64,000 nt of DNA from Mytilus trossulus. Taxonomy: Eukaryota. The stretch lies in assembly GCF_036588685.1 (NCBI RefSeq), contig NC_086386.1:21390001-21454000 (forward strand), written 5' to 3'. Numbering within the stretch: position 1 is the first letter of the stretch; the number at the start of each line of letters is the position of its first letter. The translations under genes were made by a program, and so were the position numbers. This document shows positions 26,653 through 41,600 of the stretch, one piece after another. Below the pieces are notes generated by a model. That model saw only the letters and a program-made list of their open reading frames with translations. It had not been told where the DNA came from and did not search any database.

Positions 26653-29600
26653 GTGAGTATATTAATTATTCAATAGTTATGAAACGTGTTGTAACACTTA
26701 CATCATTTATTAGTATATATGTGTTTTACTCGATTAAAGATGATAAGATGTAAAGAATCTATAATTGATATACATCATGAGTTCTTAAAACTAGATTTAA
26801 ACTCATTAAAAGGTAAAAAAAAAATGACTCAGTATGGCTCATAAATAAGTACATGGTAGTAATGGTTTGGAAGGGATATCATATTATTATTTATTTTGTT
26901 AGATCTGCAACGACAGTCAATTTATTTGGCGGCCCCAAATATATCTATGTATGTGTGAAATTTGAGCAGAAAGACGCATCGTCAACAGATTCTTACTTGT
27001 ATTATTTTGGATCAGGTATGTTTTTGTTTACATGTTGCTTTTGTACTTAAATGGTTTGCTTAATAAGGATGAAAATAACAAGATTGTGATTTGGAATATT
27101 CTTTTTTATTGTTATTGTGAATTTCTTTTGTCAATATTGCTGATGTAAAATGAATGCAAAGAATATTTTTGTATCAAACAAAGGAGGTGTTGGGTCCAGA
27201 CGGATAATCAGTGTTCCCATTTAACAGTCAATGTAAATGTTATATTTCTTTAACACTAAAGTGGTTATTAAATTTAGGCATATTGTATTAATTCATACAA
27301 AACAGCCATGCAAATTGACGAATATGGTTTCAAATGCAGTAGTGTTATCAGGCACTTTTTTATATAATTTTGTAGCATAAAAGCACGTTGGTTCATCAAT
27401 CAGTTATATATAACTCAAAATGTCCCCATTACTAGTAAATGTAATTAAGAATCATTCTTTGTTTTAGTATTCTTCATAACCACTTTTTTATTTCAATTTT
27501 ACTTCTTCTATTATTTCTCATTGCATCTCCCTTTTCCTCAATATCAACTGATAGATATTAAGTTATTGAATTATTTTTCGTCTTAGTTCTGACAACTGAT
27601 TACATGGCAGGTAAACTACAGCTAAAAGTTCTTGATATATTAATAATGTGCAGCACTACTTATCTTTAATTTTTCACCATAATTTTGCATGTGCAATATT
27701 TGTTTTAATAGTGATTGTTTTCTACTTTCGATTTTATATTAATTTATAATAAGTAATACGCTTACTTCTTATAAAAACTCACTAGCCTTATTAATACCAG
27801 CCAAACGGACTGTTTCTCTCCTATGAAGATAAAATTTGAACATACAATGTAAAAAATAATCCAAAATGAGACACATTTATGAACCAAATCAGCAATCAAC
27901 AAGAAGAAATATTTAAACAGGATAACATCTTAATTCAGGCACTTCGCTTTCTCTTTCATTTAATCAAATTTCAAGCATTCATGGCATTTGTTTCTTAATT
28001 TCTTTAGTTCAAATAAAGTGAAAACCATTTCATTTCAAGGCACTACCTTTAGTTGTCATATCGTGATGACAATCAGCTGACCTCTTATGAATGTATTATA
28101 AAAGAACGTACAAAAGTCCAACTTTAGAAATACAGAAACATCTACTCATGATCTTAGAAACAGACAACCTGATACACTCATGCATCTTTTTGTTATTCAA
28201 GAGCATCCGATTCCAGTTCATACCAGAATTAATTCAAATAGTTTGAAAGTAACACCTACATGACATATGTGTATGAACTATTTTGTTTTATATATTTACT
28301 ACAAGTTTAGTGTTGCGTTCATTTCGATGAACTAGTATGTATTACTATTTAACGAAAAAAGTGACGCCCGCCTCAGGGTTCTTGCTGCGTGAACGTTGGA
28401 GGCATTAAACTGTGTTCTGCTCTAAGTCGAGTTGTTGTCAGATTGTCAAATTTCTATTTTACTTTTAGGAAAGATCTGAATAAGTGGTGTAAAAAAGTCA
28501 AATCACAAAAATACTGAACTCCGACTAAACTCAAAACGGAAATTACATAATCAAATGGCAAAATCAAAAGTTCACACACCTCAAACGAATAGACAGCAAC
28601 AGTTGTAATATTGCTAAAATGTTACACCTTTACTCTTTTTATCTTTTGAGTTCCAATTTTTATTTGACCAGCCACAAGACAAATTATGCATGTTGCAGCA
28701 AATAATTTTGAACTAGATTTCTTGTGCAAATTTTTCCCCGACTAAGTTTTAGATAGGAAGTATTGATAGGGATCACATGGCCTTACACGTCATTCTGTGT
28801 TCAAAATATTATGTTCTTGATTATGAACAAAATGACTTTTTGCCAGACTTCGATTCTAGATCTAGACTTTGTGTATTGTATATTCAAACTCCTTATATTC
28901 TATTATAAAACCAATTTTACTAAACGCTAACACTAACATTGTAATTGTTAAATTAGTACCTTAGATTTGCTTTTAAATTGCTTGCGTTAACATATATGGA
29001 CGACCATTTGATTTTTGGGGAATGGGACTACGAATTTTGAAAATGGATATCAGCCACTACCGAAGCCTCTATAGAAATAACATTGGCCAACACTTGATGC
29101 GAAATGAATTTTCTGTATCACAATATACACAAAAGAAGTATTTTCGTCTGTAGGCATTACTATTCCTACTGGCAAAGAAACTTCTATAAATTTGATTGAT
29201 ATCTCCCGACTTGATATAGCTATATCATGACGTGTGTCATGTATGTCATGACGAAAATGTCGTCTTTCTTTTACCCATTAGAAAATTAGAAGACTATGTA
29301 AAATCCAAAGTAAACAGCACAATGTGGTCCGAATGAATAGTTTATTGATGGTGTTTTATTTCACGCATTCATATTATATTTTTAAAGATGGTAATAACCA
29401 ATTTAAATCAAAGCATTATTTTAACTTGTCTTGTTCTGAGCGAATCAACATATATATTAGTTAAATATACGAATGTACTGTTTCTCTGAATTTAAGAATG
29501 TCAGAACAGGTATTTCAGATCTAAGAAACAGCTTTTTTTCAAATTGCACGTTATCTTAACTTTGAATGTCCTCCTTTTGTTTTACCAACCATAAGAAGAC

Positions 29601-32600
29601 TTTTGAGAATTGCAACATAATTTTGTGTTCAATGATTTCACTATTTGAGTTTTGTTTATCTACAGTTTGATAGTGACAATCGGTTTTAACACGTCATTCA
29701 ATATATCCTCAAACAATGGCCACTTTTAGGATTAATAGCTTTTGTTTCTAAGGCTCCGATTTCAGACTTAATTTATTGATCAAACTAACTGCTAGATTTA
29801 TAATGCTATCAGTAATCATAAATATTATGGATGTAGTGCCTTTTTTATCTGAACATTTGCTTACATTTTCCTTTTGTACTTTTATCTTACACACAATTTC
29901 TTACATTTCGTAATTTACTAATTAACATTGGTTAGAACCTTAGCTTTGCTTTTAAATATTTGCTTTTCTTGAAAGGGAATTTTAGAAATGTATGTATCAT
30001 TGACTGGTTGGCACTTAGTTCATGCATATACAAAATTGCCCGAAAGAGGATCAATTGACTTTTCATAATTGTGCTCAACTGTAAGTGAAAATTAATTTTC
30101 TGACAGCAAAACATCCTTTCAGAACCTTAATGGTCGTCCCTTTACAAAGTATATTTATTAAACTTCTATATACATACATGTATAATTCTTCTACAAGTCT
30201 GTTGTTATTGAATAATAGGTCGTTTGTCTTTAACATATGTAATAACTGGAATATGTTGTTATAAGCAAAGTGAACGGTACTATGTGTCGAATAAATATTT
30301 TACAGATTGTTAATACTTTCGATTAATGTAAACATGATAATTTTTCAAAACAAGGACACAGATGGACAAAAAGAATACATTCTTATATAACAATCATCCC
30401 TTTACCTTATATGGTTACATGTTTGTAGTTTCTTTTAGTTTTATAAGCTCTTTGAAGTTTGTCTAGAGGGTTATGTGCATCCCTCAATTAACAATACATG
30501 TGTTTTATCTCTAGGTAATGTTCACATCGCATTTATATAACAGTGGACATCACTGCTTTACAATAAATATAGTTGTTGACTTATCAACGAGACCGTCTTA
30601 TATAACATTCTCTCATTTCGCGGAATATTTCAAAAACAAACGACAAATAGTGATATTTTAGTTTGTTATACTGACTCGATCCACAAAGCTTTACGACAAA
30701 GGCGAGCTGGTTTTAACATAAAAAAAACAATCATTGTTTCTTGTCACCATTTTTTCTCCCATGTGTTTTAGTTGGGTAAATTATCTAATGACATAAAGTA
30801 GGTAACACCATTTTTTGTTTGCAATCAAATGACTACAATGATTGTTCTGTTGTATGAATGACGTTGCCTGAATTTCATTGTTACATCGACGCGGATATAT
30901 ATGCTTCTATATTGGCATGTGCGTTTTTCTTTTTCTTCCGACCGGTAGCTATTTGGTTTTTTTTATACTCAACGAGAAACAGTCGTTTATGACTAAAATG
31001 TATATTTAGTACGTGCTGCAATGCATTAACGTTTTTTCAAAGAAAGATATTGAAAGTTAAAAAGAACATTGCAAAACATAATTTGATTTTGCGCAAGTAA
31101 TAACCTATGCTCAATAACATTTAAATAATTTAAGTTCTGATTTATCTGTAAAGAGGTTTTAAACATTTGCCCACAATGAAGTGATGGTACAAAGTTATAA
31201 TGATAATGCATATTTCCAGGTTCTACTACACTAGCTGTCGGTACATATGAAAGGATTATTTTGTTGCCAACAACATCTACATTTAATTTTGCTAGCCATT
31301 GTGCAGAAAAATCAACAGCGGCAGAAAGGACACATGTTGCGATAAAAGATGGTATTTGTCCTCTATTATTAACGAATTGGAATGGAAAAATTACCGTTGG
31401 ATTACAGTTTTTGACGTTTAAAAAATAATATTCACGTCAAAATGAGGATAATTTTACCAAAGCTTTAAACTCTCCACCAATTGTGCACATAATATATAAC
31501 ATGAATTACAAGAGAGGCATTCACTTGTTCAAACATTCCTTAGGGTACCATCTTTGTTTCCAGTACTACGTTACTGGCTCAATTTAAATAACTGATTTTT
31601 AAAACAAAAGAGGTCGCAAAAGTTCATTGGTTTATTGAATAAAAGTCCATACTACCTAATCAAATCATATGCTCAATTTTATCAAACAACTGAACGAAGG
31701 CTAACAATTGTCAGATTCGTTACTTAGGACATAAATTTTAAGAACAAAATGATGGCAAAAGGCGTACTTCTCTCCAATTTTGACCAATATGAAGATTTGA
31801 ATAAATTTGGTATAAGTGCCAATGAGGTAACTCTCCATCCAGGTTTCAATATATATAAAGTAAATAATAACAGGTCAAAGTACGGTCTTCAACACAGGTC
31901 ATTGGCTCATACCAAACTGCAAGCTATACATGCACCAACATGACTAGTATGATACATTCCAAACATGAAAACAACGATATAAGTCTATATTAGAAATGAA
32001 AACACCTAGTATATATAAACAACACCAATAAACGACAACCATTGAACGAAAGGATCTTACTTAAGATCCCCTTCCGTTTCATAAATGTGACCTACCGAAT
32101 TTACCGGATTTATTATAACATGAGCAACACGACGAATGCCGCATGTGGAGCAGGATCTACTAACCCTTCAGGAGCACCTGGGATCACCCCTAGTTTTTGG
32201 TGGCGTTCGTGTTGCTTATTCTTATTTTTCTATGTTATGCCATGTGTACTATTGTTTGTCTGCTTGCCTCTTTCATTTTAAGCCATGGCATTGTCAGTTT
32301 ATTTTCGATTTATGAGTTTGACCGTCTCTCTGGTATCTTTCATCCCTCTTTTAGGACAGATGCGTACAAAATTTTAGTTGAAATATAAAAATGTTGGAAA
32401 TGAAATTTTGTTATTTCATTCATTTAATTATTTCAAAAATGTAAAGTTTCATAAAACCAAAAAACTTAACGTTGCGAATTCCAAAATTATATAGATTTTT
32501 AAAATATACTACTAAAAATCTAATATACACAAAAAGTCCTTATATGGATACATTAATTACAGATCATATTCTCAATTATGTGAAATATTTAATTAGAATA

Positions 32601-35600
32601 CTAGACCGGGTCAAACGATGAAAGCACTAACATTGAGATCATTAAGAAATATATAAAAAATTCAGATGTAAGTAAAGAACAATAAGTGCAAGAGGAGAAG
32701 AATTGTATATACATATATAGATTTAAAAACGAAACTTTATGCTTACATAACTCGTCTCTTCCTTTCATAAACTTCAAAGAAAGATACAGATAATTTAGAG
32801 TATTCATGCTATACTAGCTGTGATGTCAGTATTATATATTACTGATTCTGCTGTGTTTCAGGAACTGAAGACAATGCAGCGATAACATGTCCGACGTCAA
32901 TACATGGGACATTTTCGTACAGTGATACAGCTTGCACAAGTACTTTTCTAGACGTGTGTTCCACCCTTACACAGTTTTATTTCAATTATACTGTTTGTGC
33001 TGAAGAACAAATATTTTCTGGTAAGTTAAACTTAAATTTTGGTTTAATAATGTTTTTGGTAAAGCATCGCATAAGTCTTCAAGTATTTATTATACATTTA
33101 TAATTCACATTAATTGGTTTGAACTTTTGTTCAGACAAACGCTTTCGATGTAATAAATGAAGTGTTATTTTTTCTGACACTGAATAAATAAAGCTGCTGG
33201 AAGAATGCCAGCTCCTCAGGGTAAATTGAGCTCATTGGACAGCGCTTTTGAGCTGATGTGACTTTTTGAATACCAGTTTTGGAATCAATGTTGGTAAATT
33301 TAAACAATTTTCAGAAACTAAAGTTATACGGCTAGGCTTAAAATACAATTTTGGATATAACAGGTTTTTTTTTTGTCCTTTTTTATATACCGCAATGAAG
33401 TATGTATAAATCAACGACCTTTTTAATATTTAGATTTCGGCATTACTTTTAGAAATGTATTTTTAGTTAAATATTGCTTTTTCCCACATCCCATTAGCGT
33501 ATTTGATATTTGTAGAAATGGCCAATGACTTAATCCAGATACACAAAAAAAGTCTGCATATTGAAAGTCAGTCTTTAATTTAGATGTGTAAAATTATTGT
33601 GGCTCTTTTTTTAAATTTTTAAACCTATTTACAAAAGACATGTATTCACTCTATATGATTGATGATGTGACGTTTAATTAGATTTGATAGTGCAAATGTG
33701 AATAATTTTAAAAGGAGAAATTGGTGTCGAACTCTAGTTCACCGATTTGACTCAAAATAGCATATTTGGTTTATACCATACTGAAACTTGTAATCAAATT
33801 ACAAAAAATCTAAACAAATCATTAAACCATGCATGCATATGATTTCTAGTTTATACGCAATCTTAAAACAGCTGGATACTATTTGAGGCCTTTTCAAGAC
33901 ATTCGACTGGTGTAATATGAAATCATTGTACTTTTAAATTTTAGTTCGTTAGACTTTTACTTATTTTACTGGATTATTAAAATATACCATTTAAAATCTC
34001 AGGTTAAATATAAGTATATTTTATAACGATAATGCATGTACATTTGTCGTCCCTGTCTGCAAATCTATGAACTTTTACATTTGAGAGTTTTAAAGTATTT
34101 GCTTATGATATATGTAATAATCAATGGATATATAGTTACATTTAAAGGGGGCATTAATTGCCAATTTTATTTTAAAAAGTTGACCCATACTCAGTAATTA
34201 GACTTACAAAATACTAAAACATTTAAGGTGGTACCTAACACTACAGGGAGATAACTCTGTAAAATCAGCAGAACGTTTAAATGACGTTGTGTTCTTAAGG
34301 GCATACGATACAGTTTTGATCCTGTATTTACAAGTTCATGAAAATTTGCATATAGGCTATTTTTTACCTGATTAATTCAAATATGTAATGAAAAATATAC
34401 CTTCATGTGCTACTTTTTGAGTAAAATGAGGTCGAAATTTTGAAGATTTGCTCAAAATTCAGATTTGTGGCCGTAATTTCTTTTTCGAAAGAAAGACATA
34501 ACTTTTTTGTTATAAAAGATAAACACAAATTGTTTTTTGTTAAATAATCGGTAATTTCTGTATTTTATAAGTATTCTAAAAAATACGCAATTTTTTATTC
34601 AGAAATAACACATATTTATCAAATGTTCATGAATATAGGAAAAAACGTAACTTTTTACTGCATGTTTATCAAAATTAAAAAAAATCCTCTATTTACAGTT
34701 TTATAAAATTTGGGTCACATAATCTCCCTGCAAAATGAAACATATTGCCGTTTTGAAAAATAGGGGTCCATGAACTCGTTTTCAAACTAAATCAGTTTGA
34801 ATGATAAAAATCAGTCGAAAAAAGCATCTTTTCCCGATATGTCACAGTTTGACGTCGCGAAAATAACATTTTACGTTAGCAACGTCATTACCTCCCCTGT
34901 AACTGTATCGTATGCCCTTAAGGGAATATTAAGCTTCTCAATGATCAAAATGAGTGTTTGTCAAACTGTTATATAACCAGTGTAATTTTTCTAATAAAAC
35001 GGTTGGTTCAATATTTTTGTTTTTTTTATATTTTTGTCAAAGGGTCAAAGTAAATACTTTGTCAAAATTTTAAGAAAATTAAACGAGCCAAATTAATTTT
35101 AGTTCAGGTGTTAGGTACCACCTTAACAGAACTACAAAAGTTCAATAGGAAACAATATATAATTCATGCAATCGTTTTAAAGTATCCGAAATTCGTGCGC
35201 ACTTTCGGATTCGCAGACAAATCAATAAATATTGAGATGACAGCTAAATACTTCGAATTACCTAATGATCCGAGATAATAATATAATTTGTAGTAAAGCA
35301 TGTGCTATTATTTTATGACGATTTTCCTACGTCTGTTTGATAATGTCATAGATTCAATGCTTACATTTTTTAAATTAGCATGCTCATTAAATGCGCAGCC
35401 AATCTGAAACTAAAAGTCAAATCATGTTTTCATACCATGCAACTAATATCAAATTGCTCCCTGTCAATGCTTGTGCCGTTGTTTTGCAAGGCAACAGTAA
35501 TAAATGAACTTTAGTAACAGGGATGTGCTCCTTACATAAAAACCTTTCCAAAAGAGTAACGGAAACGAACGACTGAAATTGTGACTACACGTTTTACGAC

Positions 35601-38600
35601 CCCCCTCATTAATTGGTGGGCCGATAATATTTGTCAATCCACTTGCGATATGAACGGTCTTATTTAGACGAAACGCGCGTCTGGCAAATTATGAGCCCGG
35701 TACCTTGCTAACTCTTCGCGGCCTTAATAAGATACCAGTTTTGTCGTCTGATCTTCAATTAAATCAACATGAGCATATGACCGATTGTTATTTTGACTGA
35801 GTGTGAATGTATGAGTAACTCGAGAAGTTTTCTCTGTCGAAGATTGTAGTTTCGCTAGTTGGAGATCATGTGATTCCCTTGGTTTTTTTCTTTTACCTTG
35901 ATTTGTCTCATATAAATCGTTTTATGAAATTCTAACATCGGTAAACAATTAAGGTAGCTCAAAACAAAAATGTGTTTACTTCCAATCACTAACCTTTAAA
36001 AGGCTGTTACTTATGAATGTCTAAAAGATAATAAAAGAGGTAAATATAGATAGATATAGAAAAATCTTTAAAATGAATGCAATATTTTTTTTATGCAATC
36101 GTGATGTACTATTTATGTAATTAGTTGCAACAATCTCGGTTAGTTCACTTGAATGAATTTACCTCTATCATCTCTTTAACTATACAGAAAATTTTAACGA
36201 AATCTTTATCAACACATCATGGGCTTCAAAAGGGTGTCTCAAATAGTCCCTATGGTATTCCATTCTCTCATGTAAACATTCTAACCACATAAAAGAAGAT
36301 ACTGTTTCATTAGGTGTAAAATTTGTTCTATACACTCTAAAATCTGAGACACTTTTTTGTAGATAATATCAATAGGAACAGCATATAATAAAACCAACAC
36401 TCTAGGAATAACTATGCAGAAGCTAATTCCAATTGATAGTGGAAATTTGGAGGACAATACTTTAGACACAGTTAACATTATAATTGGAACTACATAATTG
36501 TTGTATATTACTAACATTGCATTAATTTGAAAGAGTAATCTGTTAGCTATCCATAACTACTACTTTTATAAATTTTCAAACATTATCAAGAAAGTTAGAG
36601 CATTTTTAAACTTGGAAGTTATAAAATCGTCGTCTTGTGCTAGCTTAAGTGTTGCTTTTATTTTCACTGTCAAACAACACTTAGGGGTGGCCTTATCTTG
36701 GCGAAAGTGGGGTAGAGAGTTGTCTCATTGGCACTCACACCACATCTTCCTATATCTATAAACCATCACCTGCCAGCATAAACAAACCTTAAGCGACGCA
36801 GTACAAGCACTATAAAACTTTAACACGTAGTAATTGAGAAGTTTTGAATAAGGTTTTTTTGTAACAGACGCAAACTAAAGATTATTTGCGAATGTATAAA
36901 ATTGCCGGAATGTTTGGTTGTTTTGTTTTATAGCGGTTGACTATCTCACATAGGTTTAGAAGTTAACTGTAGTTAGTGAATATTCTTTTATATGTTTCAG
37001 CTGTCGGCCAGTTACTATGTGTATTTACTAGTACCAGTGGCAGTAACAACTACCTCACTCTTTACAATAAAGATGCAGCGCCTACTTATCAGTATGCCTG
37101 TTTAGTAAGTATTCATTTATGCTTATTTTTCCTCTGAATTTTTCAAATGTGTTGTTGATGTAAGGAATTATTTTTGCCATTGTTACTTTCTGGCATTGTA
37201 ATTCAAATTTTCTTTGATTTATTACCGTTTTGGTGGGGTTCATGGTACTAAGCATTTTTAATTGTAGTCGTCTTTCCCTTTTCAATCTCGCAACCTGATG
37301 GGAAACGTAGAAAATGTTGTCATTACATATGTAGTCATACATAGTAAGTTTCATTTACCTGGAAATATGAACAGAGGTATGGAGATCAACCAAAGAATAA
37401 TCAGACAATGATGCTACAACTGCAAGTCAACATATAACATTAAGCAATCTGACCATGGTGTTTTGTAGAGCGGTGTTAATATGCATAACACATAGAATAT
37501 GTATTCTACATTTGCTTTTGTCAACATAAATTTTGTTTTACTGTACGCATGGTACAGCCGCAACTTATACGGACACATTATAGTTTATATTAAAATAAGT
37601 TATGAATAAGAAAAGCACTGTTGGTGGTTTTGGGTGTACATGTTGTGCCGTGAAAGTATAATATTGCATTTTCCGAAATATTTGTCGTATACAATGTCAT
37701 TCATTGAGGACCAACATGCGTTCTCCACACACCTAAATTGTACATACTATATTTAGGTATACTCAACCTCTGATACCATAGTGTCAGCATCTATAAATCC
37801 AAAGGAGTGTTTTGATAGTTCACTACAAACTCCAACATCAACTGTACATCCGGATGGAGTCACACGAACTTTCACAAATTATGGTGATTGTAAGTATTTT
37901 ATAGCATTACACTTTCAGTATCAGCAGAATTAAGAATTTAAGCATTATATCATATAATTCAGTATTTTTACCTTACTGCCTTACGATTTAAGTTATCCAT
38001 TGAATTATTCATATGTTCCGATAGTTTGTAATCATTATAGTGACTATGATTTGTATAAGATATTTCTTATAGAATGTAAAAAAGTGTATTTGTCCTAACA
38101 AACAACTATTTTTTTATGTATTGGTGCTAAAAATCGGTGTAGCTATTGAGGTATAATCGACTTCTGGAACCATTGTATCAGCATTTAACCTAAAGGTTTG
38201 ATTTGATAGTACACTGCAAACTTTTACATCACAACACACCCACTGACTTCCTAAAGTTTTATCGGAATAGGCTCAGGAAAGCAATAATTGCGTTCATCAA
38301 AATAATTTATTTGATTGAAACTTATTCTATTAAACGTATATGCGGTATGATAATAGAAAAGAGAGGCAACGGTTACTAAAGGGTTATTCAAAATCCAAAG
38401 TCTTTCCTTATTAATTGTCATTTACCATGTACGATTAACTAATTGGTATTCAATTTATTTGTATATATTTCTTATTTCAGCTGTATGTTGTAAGTATAGA
38501 TTTTTATCAATTCCAATTATCATTGGCTTTTTTTCTTTCTCTTCCAACAGCTTTTTTTCTTTCGCTTCCAACAGCTTTTTTTCTTTCTCTTCCAACAGCT

Positions 38601-41600
38601 TTTTTTCTTTCTCTTCCAACAGCTTTTTTGTAACCAATTGAGTACCAGACTTTGTAAAAATCAGTTATGAATAATATCAAAACATGGTCTATAAAACAAC
38701 CTGCCAGCCTATGTTACTGTAATCCCCATTTTGGGTTTGAAGGGGAGGTCTTGCATGTTCACTAATTCAAGCAATATCTAGAACAACTTTAATTCGAATG
38801 GTAGCAGCTTATGGATTTAGATCCCCTCAAATGTCAATTACTAGTAGTAGTGTATTTTCACCAAATAAAAGCGTATATATACCAGAATAATCAAAAGACG
38901 AATGTTATATTCATGTTCCATTATACATTCTGAACTTAAATAGTGTAAAAAGTAAAATCACAAAAATACTGAACTCAGAGGAAAATCAATTAGGAAAGTC
39001 CATAATACATGGCAAAATCAAATAACAAAACGCAACAAAAACGAATGGACAAGAACTGTCATATTCCTGACTTGGTACAGGCTTTTTTTGAAATGTAGAA
39101 AATGGTGGATTAAACCTGGTTCCATAGCGCTAACCCTCTCACTTTAATAATAGTCTTTTTAGTGGGATGTTGTTTGCCATTTCTTTCACCACTGTCTGAT
39201 TCTTATGAGATTGGCACTTGCAGTATTAATGGTGAAAATGCAGTGTTGTACAGTGTTTAAACCCTTTTGTTTTGCCTAATATATTGTAATAGTAGCAAAC
39301 TAAATGATGAATTGAACATTATTCATATCATGAACCTGTTCAACATGCAGTCAAAGACTTTACCGTTACCTTCTTTTATATCATTTAAATTCTAAATAGT
39401 GGCTATTATTTGTAAGTTTTAATTAACTATCTAAGCGAACAGGAGCTTAAATTGTAATAGCATTGACCAATACACGAAGCCAGGCGGATTATTAATATAG
39501 TATTTAAAAAGGTTTTAAAAAATTCAGACTTTTTATCGGAATTCTCTTGCAAAATTTTAAATATTAATTTGTAAAATAAGTTTTTATTCAGTTTTTCTAT
39601 TCATTATTATATGCAAGACTAATAAATTGCTTGCATTTTATCAGTTTTAGTTAAAGTAACATCTTAAGAAACATATCAAAAGTAAACATTTTTTGTTTTT
39701 GTTTTCTTTTTTGTTGTTGAGTGTTCAGCGTCTTTAGTATCTACTCATATTTTTTTTTTCATCATTCATTAGTATGTATTTCTTTCAGATCCATCGTCGT
39801 CACCGACATCTACCAATTTACTATGGCTGTATATATTAATAGCAATTATTATTATTCTAATAATAATTGCTATCATAATACTGATATGCTATCTGAAACG
39901 TAAGAAGAAACGAAAAGAACAGAAAAAAGCAGATGAAGAATCATTGCACCCTTCTGAATCAGAAGAAGAAGAAAAGAGAAACGATGAAGAACAAAAACGA
40001 GACGAAAAGAAACGAGAAGAACAAAAACGTGAACCAAGTCCCATTCCAGTGAAAGATGAGGACAGGACTTCCATAGACTCGGGAATTCAGCAGGATAAAA
40101 AAGAAGAGGAGAAAGCCAAGAAAGTGGTAATAGTGAGTGTGACAGTAGTTCTTTCTTTAATACTGTAGCTTATGTGTGATATATATTTACATAGTTTGAT
40201 GCTAGAATTAGACAACTAACACAATAAAACTTTATCTTTACACTTTCCTTAATCTTTGGATTACAACATGAGTGTGTGCTTTTCTTTAATTTCTACTGCC
40301 TTTCGTGTGATAAAAGTTAAATTTGAATTTAGCATATAGTGTTAGTTAGACGATTCCCTCCCAGAAAAAAGGAAGAACAAACATATTGGTAAAATAAATA
40401 TCACAGTCTAATAAAGAAATTATTGTTTAATGGTTGGGATGTGTGGTATTGTTACCTTTGCCTTATGCTTTATATTTCGATGTATATGCATGACAATATA
40501 AATGTACCAAAGCAACAAGGTTACAAGGATCAAGTTTTCCTTTAATATTCTCCTAAAAGTACTTAAATCCCAATCTATCTTCTGACTTTTTTACTAGGTC
40601 TTTATTGCATAACAAAAAGAATCATTTAATTCGATATAGTGACCTCTATTTATGACACACAGGAATCGGATAAGTCAATACATTGACCTCTATTACATTA
40701 ACACAACGAATCTAATTATTAAATACAGAAACCTTTATTTCATTGCATCCTTCAAAAGTTGTTTGATCTGACATCCATAATTAGACTATTTCCAAAGTTA
40801 GGACTTGAACATTAATGAATCAATATTGTAATTTAATCCAGACAATTTAATTCTCATGAAATGCAGAATTTTAACTGCAAAGGTGAAGGATATTCATCTG
40901 CAAATTGCATGTTAGATTTTACCTGAACAATTGTCAATTAAAAGTCCATAGAACTATTGAATCTTTTCTTCTTGGTTTAAATACACAACATTAGCTTCGC
41001 TATCAACGAAGTATTCAATATAAAAAAACCTATTGAAATTAAAAAGGAAAGCTTTTATAAGTGCTTCAATATTTTCTTTTTAAAAGTTATAGACATGATT
41101 TAAATACAAAATTGTTAAATTCAAACACAAAGTTTATGATGTAAAACCATTAGACTTATTCAATAATGTCGGATAATAGTAAAACAGATTACCAAGGTGA
41201 CTTTCATCACAATAGCGATTCAGAGGTATGTAAATTTACTCTATGAATATATCTACGTATAACTTTTGTTAAGTTTAATTGATTATATAAAATGGGAATA
41301 TTATGATTCTTAGCTTTTTTGTTGATACAAGTCTTTAATCTTAAATCATTTTTTATTTAAAATTGTTTGTAATTTGTAAACAGATTTTTATATAATTTCG
41401 TCTGTCTTACAAATGTATGTTTACAAACAAGCATTTCTTTCATTATAAAGCATTTTGTTACGTTTCTACTTAGTGTCCACCGGAAGTATCAAACTAAGTC
41501 CATAAACAACAAATAAGTAAATAGTAAAATGGTAAAAACATATCTTTATATTTTTCATTTTCGCTATCAGTTTCACATATTTCACACGTGGACAATACTT

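Noticed and set aside
34143-35465. A third, outermost TTAA element around the nested MITEs
   Set aside because: The left end (ttaaagggggca) is suggestive, but I found no convincing matching right TIR or TSD.
38455-38641. ORFs with KKLLEEKE or FSFSSNSF repeats
   Set aside because: They are translations of the 24-bp minisatellite.
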